Shown: positions 27,997 through 39,184 of the stretch, piece by piece
How positions within the stretch are numbered: the stretch's first letter is position 1
How the letters are laid out: each line of letters starts with the position of its first letter
Assembly: GCA_044372565.1 (NCBI GenBank)
Contig: JBILRP010000006.1
Location: 1-60,538, forward strand
Source: Bacilli bacterium
GTDB taxonomy: Bacteria; Bacillota_I; Bacilli_A; RFN20; CAG-826
Direction: 5' to 3'
Length of the DNA: 60,538 bases
Program-made: the position numbers and the translations under genes
Notes under the pieces: generated by a model
The model's database searches: none
What the model was told of the DNA's origin: nothing
Seen by the model: the letters and a program-made list of their open reading frames with translations, nothing else

Positions 27997-30900
27997 ATGA
28001 AACTAAACATCCCTTTCTTTAAAACAAAACAATCTGGCATCTGGCTGATTGTTTTTGTTCTTGGTGTTTCCGGTTTCATTTTTTTAATCGATCAAGCCCC
28101 GGCCCCGATGAATCAAGCGTTTGATACGTACGGGATGTTGAACCCTGATATCAATTATGCGTATCAACAACAAATTTATGGTATTCCTACCTACACGGCT
28201 AAACAAGAATTTTATCAAGAGGCTGGTGTTCCCCAATCGGATGCAACCGCCACGTATAACTCGACCACCATCCAAGGTCAAGCGGTCTCTACTCAATCGG
28301 ATGGTTATGAAGAATTTGTCTTAGGCTATGCTTTCACAGAAGATGTTTTTTTATTGGATGTTGATCATCCCATTGAATTTACTTATGAAGGACAATCCAG
28401 TGGCTTGCTGTCCTTTTCTCTTGATTATTTCTTACTCGATGACAACACCGAAGACACCAAGATTAGTTTGACCATCAATGATGAGTTACCATTTTATGAA
28501 AGCCAAGCGTTGATTCTTCCTGCCATCTGGCAATTTGCCACGGAAGAGTTTGCGTTAGACCGCTATGAAAATGAATTACAACCCTTGTCGGTGAAACAGC
28601 GAATTTGGCAAACCCAAACCATTCGCGATATGCGAACACTGCATGCTTATCCATTTGAATATTATGTGGAACCCGGTGATGTGATTGGTCTACATTTTGT
28701 CAATGCTGATGTCCTTATTGGCCGTATCACGTCTCTGAATGTTGTTCCGTTAATCGATTATGATACTTACGTGGAATCCCTTCCCAATGCTCAAGTGGTG
28801 GACACGTTAAGCATGATTTCAAGTCGCTCGATGACCACACGAAGTGACGCCTCCATTCGTTTAAGAACTGAACAAGACGTGAGTGCGTTGTATTATGACA
28901 CGCAATTTTTAAGATTGAATACGATTTTTGGCGACAGTTGGGAACGTGGCGGTCAATCGATTAAGTACGAAATTAATATCACGACCCCAGGACTGTACGC
29001 GTTGTCTTTCCGTTATCGGCAATATTTACAAAACGACATGATCACCGCTCGAAGTATTTACATCAATGGGGAAATTCCTTTTCAAGAATTTTTAGCGATG
29101 GCGTTTCCTTACACGATGCAATTTAGAAATCGCACCTTAATGGATGACGCCGGCGCTCCTTATTATGTTTACTTAGATGCTGGGATCAATACCATCGCCT
29201 TAGAAGCAGTGAATTATCCATATCGATTTGCCATTGAAACCTTGCAATCGGTGATGCAACAAATTCAGTCATTATCTTTGGAAATCAAACGCTACACCGC
29301 AGGAAGCAACGACTTGTATCGCGATTGGGAAATTGAAACTTATTTTCCTAACGCGAAAAATAATTTACTGGCATGGGCTGACCAACTCGAGATCATGTAC
29401 GACCAATTGTTGGTGGTGTCCATCAATCAAAATCCTTCTCAACTTGCCAACGTTCGTGTCAGTATCGCTAGATTAAGAACGCTTGCCAATCAAATCAATC
29501 GTCTTCCTGGATTGATGGTTCAATTTGCCGATGGGGATTCGAGTGTCAACCAAATGCTTGGTGCCCTTCTGCAAGAAATGATGCGCTCCTCTTTAGAGAT
29601 GGAACGTATCATGGTTCACGGCGAGGTGTCTTTGCCAAGAGCCACGGCAACCTTCTTCAGTTCCGCTTATGAAAATAGTGCACGACTGATCTTATCGTTT
29701 ATTAACAATCCTTATTCGGCAACACAAATGAATGAAGAAGATCTCAATGTTTGGGTCAACTTTCCTCGTCCTTACATCGAAATCATGCAATCAATGGTGG
29801 ATCAATTTTATCCTGGGCAACGGCAAGTCAAACTTTCACAAATGCCCGATGAAAATAAATTAATTCTTTCCAATATTTCCGGTCAATCTCCCGATCTCGC
29901 GGTTGGGGTTAACCATTGGATTCCTTATGAATTTGCCTCACGTGATGCGGCATTGGACTTAAGACAGTTTGATGGATATAACGAAGTGGTTCAACAATAC
30001 GCCAAAGGGGCAATGATTCCTTACGTCTTTGAAGAAGGGGTGTATGGGTTACCGTTAACCCAAAACTTCTGGGTGACGTTTTTCCGTCGCGACATCATGG
30101 CCTCCATCGGCGTGGAAACCATTCCCCAAACCTGGGATGACGTCATTGGATTATTGCCATTGTTACAAAGCTACGGCCTGAATTACTTTTTACCTTTATC
30201 CCAATTTTCTGGATTAAAACCATTTGTGGCAACCTTGCCTTTCATTCATCAATTTGGTGGTAGTCTTTACGCTGAAGATGGCATGAGCACAACGATCAAT
30301 GCTGAAGAAACGCTCAAAGGCATTACGTTAATGGCAGAGTTATATACGCTTTATAACATTCCAAAATTTGTAGCGAGTTTCTATAACCAATTCCGTTATG
30401 GAACCATCCCGATTGGAATTGGAGACTTGGGAACGTATTTACTTTTATCCAGTGCAGCCAGTGAACTCGATGGCTTATGGGGCATGGATTTGCATCCAGG
30501 TTATCGCGATCCAATCACCCAACAAATCAATCGCTCGAGTGCGACCGGGGCTCAAGGATCGATGATTTTAGAAAATACCAATTTACCCGATGATAGCTGG
30601 GAATTTCTTTCATGGTGGATGTCGACACCGATGCAAGCCTTGTTTGGTCAAACGTTACAAAGCACCTATGGCAGAACCTACTTTTGGAATTCAGCAAACC
30701 TTGACGCCTTTGCCCAGTCAAGCATGCCTCAAGAATATAAATCCATCGTTTTAGCCCAATGGGAGTTTGCCTTGGAAGCAAGTCGCATTCCTGGTACGTA
30801 CATGGTGGAACGCGAATTATCCAACGCGTGGACCAACATCGTTTTCCAAGGCATCAATCCTCGTCAAGCGATTGATGAAGCGGTACGGATATCCAATCGA

Positions 30901-31014
30901 GAAATCATTTACAAGATGGCAGAATTTGGTTATACCCTTCAAGGACAAATTCTGAAACCGTATCTTGTCCCGACGATTGACAACATTGATCGGTGGTTGG
31001 TTGAACATGATTAA
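27997..31014 (+). CDS. Giant membrane-anchored extracellular solute-binding protein (beta-sandwich + helical region + C-terminal SBP domain)
   Basis: N-terminal TM; GLYALSFRY beta-sandwich; C-terminal GQSPDLA, GVYGLP.TQ..FFRRDI, PQTWDD, WEFLSWW typical of sugar SBPs. Confidence 0.8.
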   Translation: MKLNIPFFKTKQSGIWLIVFVLGVSGFIFLIDQAPAPMNQAFDTYGMLNPDINYAYQQQIYGIPTYTAKQEFYQEAGVPQSDATATYNSTTIQGQAVSTQSDGYEEFVLGYAFTEDVFLLDVDHPIEFTYEGQSSGLLSFSLDYFLLDDNTEDTKISLTINDELPFYESQALILPAIWQFATEEFALDRYENELQPLSVKQRIWQTQTIRDMRTLHAYPFEYYVEPGDVIGLHFVNADVLIGRITSLNVVPLIDYDTYVESLPNAQVVDTLSMISSRSMTTRSDASIRLRTEQDVSALYYDTQFLRLNTIFGDSWERGGQSIKYEINITTPGLYALSFRYRQYLQNDMITARSIYINGEIPFQEFLAMAFPYTMQFRNRTLMDDAGAPYYVYLDAGINTIALEAVNYPYRFAIETLQSVMQQIQSLSLEIKRYTAGSNDLYRDWEIETYFPNAKNNLLAWADQLEIMYDQLLVVSINQNPSQLANVRVSIARLRTLANQINRLPGLMVQFADGDSSVNQMLGALLQEMMRSSLEMERIMVHGEVSLPRATATFFSSAYENSARLILSFINNPYSATQMNEEDLNVWVNFPRPYIEIMQSMVDQFYPGQRQVKLSQMPDENKLILSNISGQSPDLAVGVNHWIPYEFASRDAALDLRQFDGYNEVVQQYAKGAMIPYVFEEGVYGLPLTQNFWVTFFRRDIMASIGVETIPQTWDDVIGLLPLLQSYGLNYFLPLSQFSGLKPFVATLPFIHQFGGSLYAEDGMSTTINAEETLKGITLMAELYTLYNIPKFVASFYNQFRYGTIPIGIGDLGTYLLLSSAASELDGLWGMDLHPGYRDPITQQINRSSATGAQGSMILENTNLPDDSWEFLSWWMSTPMQALFGQTLQSTYGRTYFWNSANLDAFAQSSMPQEYKSIVLAQWEFALEASRIPGTYMVERELSNAWTNIVFQGINPRQAIDEAVRISNREIIYKMAEFGYTLQGQILKPYLVPTIDNIDRWLVEHD

Positions 31015-31903
31015 CCGCATCCTCGATCGCATGAATCGTCCAGCGTGGTTTGTCTTTCCTTATTGGTTTTTATTTACGATTTTTATTGTCGTTCCTGTGG
31101 TGGCCGCCATCGGCTTATCGTTTACCTTTTTTAATTCCATTCAAACCCCTACCTTTGTTGGGATCAATAATTACATTGAGCTAATTACCCTGGATACCGT
31201 TTTCATGAGATATGTTTTACCTAACACGTTACGCTTTGCCTTTATCGTTGGACCGGTGGGCTATGCCTTGTCTTTCATGGTAGCCTGGATGTTATCGCAT
31301 TTACCCAAAACGCCTAGAACCATTCTTGCGATAATTTTTTATTCCCCTTCACTCACGGCAGGGGTTGCCATGGCAGCGATGTGGCGGATTATTTTTTCTG
31401 GGGATGCCCAAGGGTATTTGAACGCGATCATGCTTGATTTAGGTTTGATTGTGGAACCGATTCAATTTTTACAAAATCCAGATATGCTCATGACCATCAT
31501 GATTGTGGTTTCGCTATGGAGTTCGATTGGGGTCGGTTTCTTGGCGATGTTAGCTGGGATTTTGAATGTCGATCGTACCTTATATGAAGCTGCGTATATT
31601 GATGGGATCAAAAACTGGTTCCAAGAAATTACTTATGTGACGATTCCTTCGATGAAACCTCAAATGATTTTTGGTGCGGTCATGGCCGTGGTCGGGACGT
31701 TCCAAGCTGGTGCCATTGGCGTAGCTTTATCCGGAACCAATCCCACCCCTAATTATGCCGGTCAATTGATTGTGAATCATATTGAAGACTTTGGATTCAT
31801 TCGCTACATGATGGGTTACGCCGCAGGTATTTCTGTGATTTTACTAGTGATGGTGTATGCCATCTCTAAAATCACCTGGAAGTTTTTGGGAGAAAAAGAA
31901 TAA
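31007..31903 (+). CDS. Carbohydrate ABC permease (MalF-type)
   Basis: FVGINNY, EAA loop [16 protein letters not shown]. Confidence 0.93.
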   Translation: MINRILDRMNRPAWFVFPYWFLFTIFIVVPVVAAIGLSFTFFNSIQTPTFVGINNYIELITLDTVFMRYVLPNTLRFAFIVGPVGYALSFMVAWMLSHLPKTPRTILAIIFYSPSLTAGVAMAAMWRIIFSGDAQGYLNAIMLDLGLIVEPIQFLQNPDMLMTIMIVVSLWSSIGVGFLAMLAGILNVDRTLYEAAYIDGIKNWFQEITYVTIPSMKPQMIFGAVMAVVGTFQAGAIGVALSGTNPTPNYAGQLIVNHIEDFGFIRYMMGYAAGISVILLVMVYAISKITWKFLGEKE

Positions 31904-32781
31904 TGCCATCCAAATTTTTAGGAACACAAATTAATCCCGATCGTTTCCATAAAGGACAACTACCGTTCTTTATAATCTTGATTGCCTTTTCGATGCTGAT
32001 GATTTTACCGATTTTATTCATCATCAACCATGCCTTCAAACCGCAATCAGAATTGTTTGCCTATCCACCGACCTTCTTTGTCAGAAACCCAACCTTTGAT
32101 AATTTCTTAGAACTTGCGCGGTTAGTCTCCACCTCGGGCATTCCTTTTTCTCGGTATGTGTTGAATAGTGTTTTCATTACTACGATTGGTGTCGGCTTAG
32201 CCATCTTATTCACTTCCTTATCCGCCTATGGATTGGCCAAACTTCATTTCAAAGGTAAAAAGTTATTATTTGAAATTAATACCATATCATTGATGTTTGT
32301 TCCAATAGCCGTACAAATCCCTCGCTATATTGTCGTTGCCCAATCGGGGATGATCGATACGTATTTTGCTCATATCTTCCCATTGATTACGATGCCTGTG
32401 GCGATGTTTTTAATTAAACAATTCATTGATCAGATTCCTAATGACTTTATTGAAGCCGCTCGGATTGATGGGGCGAGTGAAATGCAAATATTTTTTAAAG
32501 TCATCATGCCGATGATTTCTCCAGCGGTCGCCACCGTTGGCATCCTTGCTTTCCAAATCATTTGGAATGATACCTCAACCTCGACCTTGTTTGTCAATGA
32601 TGAAAGTTTAAGAACCCTTGCCTTCTTTTTACAAACCCTAACCTCAGGGGTTGGCAATACCATTGCCGGTCAAGGGATGGCCGCGGCTGCATCCTTGCTC
32701 ATGTTTATTCCTAACCTTGTGTTGTTTGTGATCTTACAAAGTCAGGTGATGTCGACGATGGCACACTCGGGGTTAAAGTAA
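31903..32781 (+). CDS. Carbohydrate ABC permease (MalG-type)
   Basis: AFKPQSELFAYPPTF, IEAARIDGA, WND; TAATG coupling to the previous gene. Confidence 0.93.
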   Translation: MPSKFLGTQINPDRFHKGQLPFFIILIAFSMLMILPILFIINHAFKPQSELFAYPPTFFVRNPTFDNFLELARLVSTSGIPFSRYVLNSVFITTIGVGLAILFTSLSAYGLAKLHFKGKKLLFEINTISLMFVPIAVQIPRYIVVAQSGMIDTYFAHIFPLITMPVAMFLIKQFIDQIPNDFIEAARIDGASEMQIFFKVIMPMISPAVATVGILAFQIIWNDTSTSTLFVNDESLRTLAFFLQTLTSGVGNTIAGQGMAAAASLLMFIPNLVLFVILQSQVMSTMAHSGLK

Positions 32782-32782
32782 G

Positions 32783-34825
32783 ATGAAACGCTGGATTTAC
32801 GCCATCATCTTTGTTTACATCGGGTTGCTTTTTCCGCAACGTAGCACTTTGGTTGGGTTCACCGATAATGGTTTACCATATCAAACGTATACATATGCCT
32901 CGAGTCGCCGCCAACTCATTCAAACCCAAGATGCTTATCTACCTTTATCGTTAACGCAAACATTAGGTGATTTTACCTTGCTCTCCCCACAAGACGTTTA
33001 TGTGGATACCAATGACATCATTTATGTTGCCGATAAAGGAAGTAAATCCGTCATTCGTTACAATTTACAAACCGATGAAGCAATTGAAATCGGTAAGGGT
33101 GTCCTTAATGTCCCCACTGGTATTCATGTCGATAGCCTTGGTAATCTTTATGTCGCTGATTTTGGTAACAAGCAAGCCTATCAATTTGAATTCAGTGATG
33201 ACGCCTACACGTTGATTGAAACCTATGAAAAACCAATTAACTCACCTTTCTTTGGTGAAGATGACCCTTTTGATCCAACCAAAGTCGTCACCGATCGCGG
33301 GGGAAATGTTTACTTATTATTGTCCGGCAACGTCAATGGCTTAGCCCAATTTAAAAATGATGGAGAATTCTTTGGTTACTTTGGTGGCAATCGAATTCCC
33401 GCAACATTTGAAAACACCGTTCGTTCCTTATTGTTTGATGAAGAAACCAGAAGAAACTTTTTTCAAATCATTCCTAAACCTGTTTACAATGTCAGCGTTG
33501 ATCAAAGTGGATTGATCTTAACGACAACCAAAGCCCAAGATGGTTATTTAAAATTAAACATTGCCAATGTCATCTTCAATCAATCGGTGTGGGGTTTTGA
33601 AACCGTTGAAGATTTGGCCGTTGGACCTTACAACACCATTTACACCTTGACCTCTGAAGGTTACATTGTTGAGTATGATCCAAACGGATCGGTCTTATTT
33701 TTATTTTCTGGTCCAGACTCCATTGGTCAAAAAGGGTTATTTAAACAAGCCAAAGGGATTGCTGTGGACTCACGAAACAATTTATATGCGGTCGATGAAG
33801 CCACCGCCTCTTTACAAATTTTTATTCCAACGAGTTTCGCCAATTTAGTCCATGAAGCGATTGATTTATATTTTGATGGCAAGTATGGCGAATCGCTCAT
33901 CCCGTGGCAAAACGTCTTAAAAATGAACCGCTTGTTTGATCTTGCTAACCAAGGGTTAGGAGATGCTTATTTTGCTTTACAAGAATATGAAGAGGCATTA
34001 ACCTACTATCGCTTGGCAAGAGACACACGAGGCTATTCCAATGCGTATTGGGAAGTAAGAAACCAGTTTTTACTTGCCAATGGCAATATGCTTGTCTTGA
34101 TGGTGCTTGCGATCGCGCTTGTGTTTGCCTTGAGAAAATTAATTCCCGGATTTGCCTGGGTCCAAAGTCAGCTTACCAGCCTTCAAGAAAAAACAAAAAC
34201 CCCGAAGTGGATCTCAGAACTTCGTTTTCCTTTCCAAGTGTTTGCCAAACCAGTCGATGGCTATGACGACATCAAACGATATGGATCATTTTCCAATCGG
34301 AGTGCTTGGCTTTATTTGATTGCCTTTTTTGCTACTTATCTGATTTGGATTTATGAAACTAATTTTTTATTCAACGGCCTGATTCCTTCCGAAATTAACA
34401 TTGTTGAACAAATCATTGGTGTCTTTGTTCCTTTTGGCTTGTGGGTGATCAGTAATTATTTGGTGTGCTCGATCCGCGATGGGGATGGAAAATTAAAGGA
34501 AGTGTTCCAAGCATCTGCGTTAACGTTCTTACCGATGATCATCACGTTCCCAATTTTGACAGTCATCTCTCATGCCTTGACGTTAAACGAAAGTTTTATT
34601 TATGAATTAATCTATGGCATTGGTGTAAGTTTCACGGTGGTGTATTTATTTATCATGGTAAAAGAAATTCATTTTTATGATTTCAAACCAACCTTTAAAA
34701 ATATATTCATTACGATCTTTACCGGCATCATGTTGATGGCGATGACGTTGATTGTGGTTTTCTTGCTTGGAGAAGTGTATCAATTGATTGCCGATATCAT
34801 TCAGGAGGTCAACAGCCGTGTTTAA
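32783..34825 (+). CDS. NHL-repeat beta-propeller + TPR + C-terminal Yip1-like membrane domain fusion
   Basis: PQDVYVD..IYVADKG, PTGIHVDSLGNLYVADFGN, KGIAVDSRNNLYAVD; TPR-like LGDAYFALQEYEEALTYY; then TM and ~5-TM domain with DGDGKLKEVF. Confidence 0.7.
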   Translation: MKRWIYAIIFVYIGLLFPQRSTLVGFTDNGLPYQTYTYASSRRQLIQTQDAYLPLSLTQTLGDFTLLSPQDVYVDTNDIIYVADKGSKSVIRYNLQTDEAIEIGKGVLNVPTGIHVDSLGNLYVADFGNKQAYQFEFSDDAYTLIETYEKPINSPFFGEDDPFDPTKVVTDRGGNVYLLLSGNVNGLAQFKNDGEFFGYFGGNRIPATFENTVRSLLFDEETRRNFFQIIPKPVYNVSVDQSGLILTTTKAQDGYLKLNIANVIFNQSVWGFETVEDLAVGPYNTIYTLTSEGYIVEYDPNGSVLFLFSGPDSIGQKGLFKQAKGIAVDSRNNLYAVDEATASLQIFIPTSFANLVHEAIDLYFDGKYGESLIPWQNVLKMNRLFDLANQGLGDAYFALQEYEEALTYYRLARDTRGYSNAYWEVRNQFLLANGNMLVLMVLAIALVFALRKLIPGFAWVQSQLTSLQEKTKTPKWISELRFPFQVFAKPVDGYDDIKRYGSFSNRSAWLYLIAFFATYLIWIYETNFLFNGLIPSEINIVEQIIGVFVPFGLWVISNYLVCSIRDGDGKLKEVFQASALTFLPMIITFPILTVISHALTLNESFIYELIYGIGVSFTVVYLFIMVKEIHFYDFKPTFKNIFITIFTGIMLMAMTLIVVFLLGEVYQLIADIIQEVNSRV

Positions 34826-37187
34826 ACTTGCACGCGTTGCCATTCCGATGGTCTTACTACCGGTGTTGATTGTCAGCACCCAAAACGATCCCACGTCCAT
34901 GGTGTTACCTCGTGTGGATAATTTTGCCTTCATTGAAAACCAGCTTTTAAAGAGTTCTCGTTATACCCAAATGGAAGAAACCGATGAAGCCATCCTTGCT
35001 GAATTTGAAAACACGTATCGCTTACGATATCTTCCTAGTGAACTTGAAACCTTAGGGTTTACAAAAATGTTAGAAAACAATCAATTGAATTTATATTTTG
35101 AAAAGGATTCGTTCTCTTTGATCTTAGAAGATAAAGCCAGTGGTTATATGTTTTCCTCACGTCCTGAGTTTCAAGGGTATTCACAAACACGAGAAGATAA
35201 TACTGCCAATCGTAACTTGATGAATTCTGGATTATGGATTGAGTCGATTCGCACCAATAACATCAGCAACAGCGCGATTCGTGTTGAATCCCTCTACACG
35301 ATTGCCGAAGCAAGTTATGCCACCTCAGGTTCACAAGACATCAATGACATTGATATCACGTTACCCTATGTCCTCACCCCCAATAGTTATAAGCGCGCCT
35401 TGGTCAACGTTTCCACCGCGCCTAAAAACGCTAACGCCTTTATCTCTACGGTTCAATTAACCACCTATGGATTTGCCTTTGAAGTTGAGATTGCTTTAGA
35501 AGCTTCTGGTTTTTCTGTGCATTTTAATCCAGACTCGGTTGAAGAAACCAATGAACAATATGCAATGTTGGGATTACAATTCTTTCCTTATTTTGGTTCT
35601 GCTCGTGAAGACGTTAATCCGGGATATTTTGTGATTCCCGATGGGGTTGGCGCACTTGTGCGAACCAATCAACGTTATGACAAAACGTATCAATCAGATT
35701 ACTATGGATCGGATTTAGGTTACTTAAGAACATCGGTCGCTGATTTATCCTTACCCATTTACGCAATCATGCACCAAGTGGATGGCTTTGGTTTTTATCA
35801 TGAAACTGTATCAGGGGCAGAACACGCGACCTTATTGGCGAATTTTTGGGGAAGAAATACACGATATAACCGGATGACCAACCGATATAATCTTCGACGA
35901 ATTTACCGTAACATCATCAATCGGGCTGGGGATGGTCGCGATGTGATGCCAGAAGAGATGATCTCTGAACCTTACCATGGCAAGTACCAAGTCTTACTAG
36001 GGAATCAAGCCAATTATGTTGGGGTTGCTCGCGCCTATCAAGAAAGTTTAACCAACCGAGATGCTCTACGTTTATTAGAACCAACCAAGACACCATTACA
36101 ACTTGCCTTCATGATTCATGAACAAGAACCGACCTTTTTTGGCACAAGTCGAATCACGATGACAAGCATGGAAGCGGTAAAGTCAATGAAGGATGAGTTG
36201 GTTTCTGAAGGCATTCAAGATCAAGTGGTGGTGTTAAAAGGATGGTCTGGGGATGGGTTATCGTATCGCCAACCTTACGCATTGAACCATCCAAATAAGA
36301 ATGGTCTAGATCAATTGATCAGCTCCACCAAAGATCAAGGTAACTCAATTTATTTAGAACAAGATTATCTTGTCAGTAGTGAATTGTCTTCGCGGGTTTC
36401 ATTTAATCGCGACGTTGCTAGAAACTATTCAAAACTTAAAATGAGTTATCCTCTTAACCGCTTGGATAATCAACCGATTGATGAATATTATCTTTATCCG
36501 GAAGTGGCTCAGTCGATGTTTGATCGCGATCTAGGTGCCATCAACGCCTTAGGTGTTAGTGGTCTAGCATTACCCCATTTAGGGAAAACCTTATTTAGTT
36601 ATTATGATGATGCTCGCTTTAGTCGCAGCGAAACCTTGGAGATTGTCACTGACATGGCTGATGAGCTTCCTGGAAGTGCCATGCATCGTCCTTCGGCATA
36701 TATGTTTCCTTACTTAAATCATTATTTAGATATGCCAATCACCAATAGTCAATTGGATTTATTCACTGACCTTGTGCCATTAGTTCCTATGGTATTAAAA
36801 GGCTACATTCCTACCTTTACCCCTTACCTCAATTTTAATGCCCTCGGAAAAGAACGCCTTTTACAAATGATTGATTTTGGCGTTAATCCAAGTTATCTAT
36901 TAACACAACAACCAAGTAGCACCTTACGCTTCACGTATAGCAATCGTTACTTCACCACCGCTTACGATGACTTTAAATCTGATATCACGTCCGTGTATCC
37001 CTACATTGCCGGAGCCCTTGACCATGTATCGGGTGCACGCGTGACCCATCGAACGATGCTCGCCACTGGGGTTAGCTTCGTGAGTTATGACAATGGGATT
37101 AGCTTGTTGATTAATTATCGATCGTCGCCTTATACCCATGAACAATCCACCGTTGAAGGTCTTGACTACGAGGTGATTTTGCCATGA
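34818..37187 (+). CDS. DUF5696-like secreted/anchored protein (putative glycoside-hydrolase-like fold)
   Basis: GTG with SD GGAGG; PYFGSA..GYFVIPDGVGAL, YVGVARAYQ, KGWSGDG, VPLVPMVLKG, YDNGISLLINY as recalled for DUF5696 proteins in such clusters. Confidence 0.65.
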   Translation: MFKLARVAIPMVLLPVLIVSTQNDPTSMVLPRVDNFAFIENQLLKSSRYTQMEETDEAILAEFENTYRLRYLPSELETLGFTKMLENNQLNLYFEKDSFSLILEDKASGYMFSSRPEFQGYSQTREDNTANRNLMNSGLWIESIRTNNISNSAIRVESLYTIAEASYATSGSQDINDIDITLPYVLTPNSYKRALVNVSTAPKNANAFISTVQLTTYGFAFEVEIALEASGFSVHFNPDSVEETNEQYAMLGLQFFPYFGSAREDVNPGYFVIPDGVGALVRTNQRYDKTYQSDYYGSDLGYLRTSVADLSLPIYAIMHQVDGFGFYHETVSGAEHATLLANFWGRNTRYNRMTNRYNLRRIYRNIINRAGDGRDVMPEEMISEPYHGKYQVLLGNQANYVGVARAYQESLTNRDALRLLEPTKTPLQLAFMIHEQEPTFFGTSRITMTSMEAVKSMKDELVSEGIQDQVVVLKGWSGDGLSYRQPYALNHPNKNGLDQLISSTKDQGNSIYLEQDYLVSSELSSRVSFNRDVARNYSKLKMSYPLNRLDNQPIDEYYLYPEVAQSMFDRDLGAINALGVSGLALPHLGKTLFSYYDDARFSRSETLEIVTDMADELPGSAMHRPSAYMFPYLNHYLDMPITNSQLDLFTDLVPLVPMVLKGYIPTFTPYLNFNALGKERLLQMIDFGVNPSYLLTQQPSSTLRFTYSNRYFTTAYDDFKSDITSVYPYIAGALDHVSGARVTHRTMLATGVSFVSYDNGISLLINYRSSPYTHEQSTVEGLDYEVILP

Positions 37188-38248
37188 AGAAGATGAAGTT
37201 ATTTTTTAAACGATTGTTCCAATTTTTTACCCATGGGTTTGTTCGATTTGGTGAATTCTGGCAAGCCAAGATTCAACCACCACTTGATCGAATCACTTAT
37301 GTCTTACGACATAATGTTATCTATCGTGAAGAAGGAAACATCATTTATTTTTTTCATATATTGAAAATAAAAGTCACACGTAAAAGACGACATGCATTTT
37401 ATGGTTACTTGTTTATCTCGTCTTGGTTGATTGGCATTAGTTTCTTTACGTTATATCCTTTATTTTATTCTTTATACCTAAGCTTCCATGAAGCGTATTA
37501 CAACCTCCAAGATGGCATCACCACGACCTATATTGGGTTTAACAATTACATCAATATTCTTCGTAGTCAAATTCTGATTCCTTTATACACCAACTACTTA
37601 GGTCGCATGGTTGTTGCTGTCCCTATCATCATTGTTTTCTCCATCATCATTGCCGTGTTGGTGAACGCCCCCATCAAATCCAAGAGTTTATGGCGTACCG
37701 TTTTCTTCTTGCCGGTGATTATTTCTACTGGCCCGGTGATCAATGAACTGAACGCCCAAAGTGCAATCACCTTACCTAATCTACAGGCGAGTGGTATTTA
37801 TAGTTATCTTGCCAATAACCTCCCTGCATTTTTAGCAGATCCATTAACCACCGTCATCAATTCCATGTTGATCATTCTTTGGTACGCGGGAATACCAATC
37901 TTGATTTACTTAGCCGGATTACAAAAAATTGATCCAAGTTTATATGAGGCTGCCAGCATGGACGGGGCTTCTCCTTGGATGCGTTTTTGGAAGATCACCT
38001 TACCTTCACTCATGCCGTTTACAGGCATATCAATTGTTTATGTGGTGGTGTCGATGTCGCTGTTTGTTGAACCAGGTGGTCTATTAGATTTAACCCGAAC
38101 CCATATGTTGGTTGGTGCTCCTGACTCTGCGTTTTGGTTTGGTTATGGTTATGCCGCCGCGATGGCGTGGATATACTTTATTCTGATGGTGTTATTGATC
38201 GTATTGTTCACACGTATCACCAAAGAAAAACCTGTGAGGATCCAATAA
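37184..38248 (+). CDS. Carbohydrate ABC permease (MalF-type, N-terminal extension)
   Basis: YIGFNNY, FFLPVII, LYEAASMDGASPW.FWKITLP, GYGYAAAMAW. Confidence 0.93.
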   Translation: MKKMKLFFKRLFQFFTHGFVRFGEFWQAKIQPPLDRITYVLRHNVIYREEGNIIYFFHILKIKVTRKRRHAFYGYLFISSWLIGISFFTLYPLFYSLYLSFHEAYYNLQDGITTTYIGFNNYINILRSQILIPLYTNYLGRMVVAVPIIIVFSIIIAVLVNAPIKSKSLWRTVFFLPVIISTGPVINELNAQSAITLPNLQASGIYSYLANNLPAFLADPLTTVINSMLIILWYAGIPILIYLAGLQKIDPSLYEAASMDGASPWMRFWKITLPSLMPFTGISIVYVVVSMSLFVEPGGLLDLTRTHMLVGAPDSAFWFGYGYAAAMAWIYFILMVLLIVLFTRITKEKPVRIQ

Positions 38249-39183
38249 TGAAATTATTGAATATCTCGGTGGCAAGACAACAAAAGTTAAGAAAAATTTG
38301 GTTAGGAAAAAATCTAACTGATGGGTTAGCATATCGTTTGGTGATCTATTTATTGCTCATCAGTTTTAGTTATATTTACTTATATCCATTATTGTTTATG
38401 GTGGTTAACAGTCTTAAGTCGGTGGATGATTTAATCAATCCAGGTGTCCAATGGATACCCACGGCGTTAATTTGGGAAAATTATGAGCGAGCCTTTCAAG
38501 TCTTAAACTTGCCTCAATCCATCATTGATTCAACAGGATATGTCTTGAGGGTGAGTGTTGCTGCCACGTTATCAAGCGCTTTGATTGGGTACGGATTTGC
38601 GCGATTTGATTTCCCCTTTAAAAAATTATTTTTTGCGATTATGTTGGCCACGTTCATCCTTCCTCAACAAGTGACCATGGTCGCTAACATGCTCATTTAC
38701 CGAGAACTTAACATCATCTCTTCGGAATCGGCGATGTTATATCCTGCCCTGACTGGTCAAGGTATTAATGCGGCGATTTATATCCTCATTTTTTATACGT
38801 TCTATAAAACCATTCCAGGCATTCTCATTGAATCCGCTGAAGTGGATGGTGCCGGTCAACTAAGAATCTTCCGATCGATTATTCTTCCCTTAGCGATTCC
38901 TTCGTTTGTCATTGTCTTCTTATTTAGTTTTGTTTGGTATTGGAATGAGTCGTTTATTACTGGACTTTATGTCGGTGATAAAATTACCTTACCTTTATGG
39001 TTACAAGCATTCCGATCTTCGTATGAATCGATTTTTCCGCCAGGTACTCCAGGAGCGGAATTGAATGAAGCCATTTTATTGGCAGGCAACATGCTAACCA
39101 TCCTACCTTTATTGCTACTGTATTTCTTTAGCCAAAAGTTATTCACCCAAAGCATTGATCGCACAGGAATCACAGGAGAATAA
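38248..39183 (+). CDS. Carbohydrate ABC permease (MalG-type)
   Basis: GYGFARFDFP, ESAEVDGA, FVWYWNE, IDRTGITG; start at TAATG overlap. Confidence 0.93.
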   Translation: MKLLNISVARQQKLRKIWLGKNLTDGLAYRLVIYLLLISFSYIYLYPLLFMVVNSLKSVDDLINPGVQWIPTALIWENYERAFQVLNLPQSIIDSTGYVLRVSVAATLSSALIGYGFARFDFPFKKLFFAIMLATFILPQQVTMVANMLIYRELNIISSESAMLYPALTGQGINAAIYILIFYTFYKTIPGILIESAEVDGAGQLRIFRSIILPLAIPSFVIVFLFSFVWYWNESFITGLYVGDKITLPLWLQAFRSSYESIFPPGTPGAELNEAILLAGNMLTILPLLLLYFFSQKLFTQSIDRTGITGE

Positions 39184-39184
39184 G

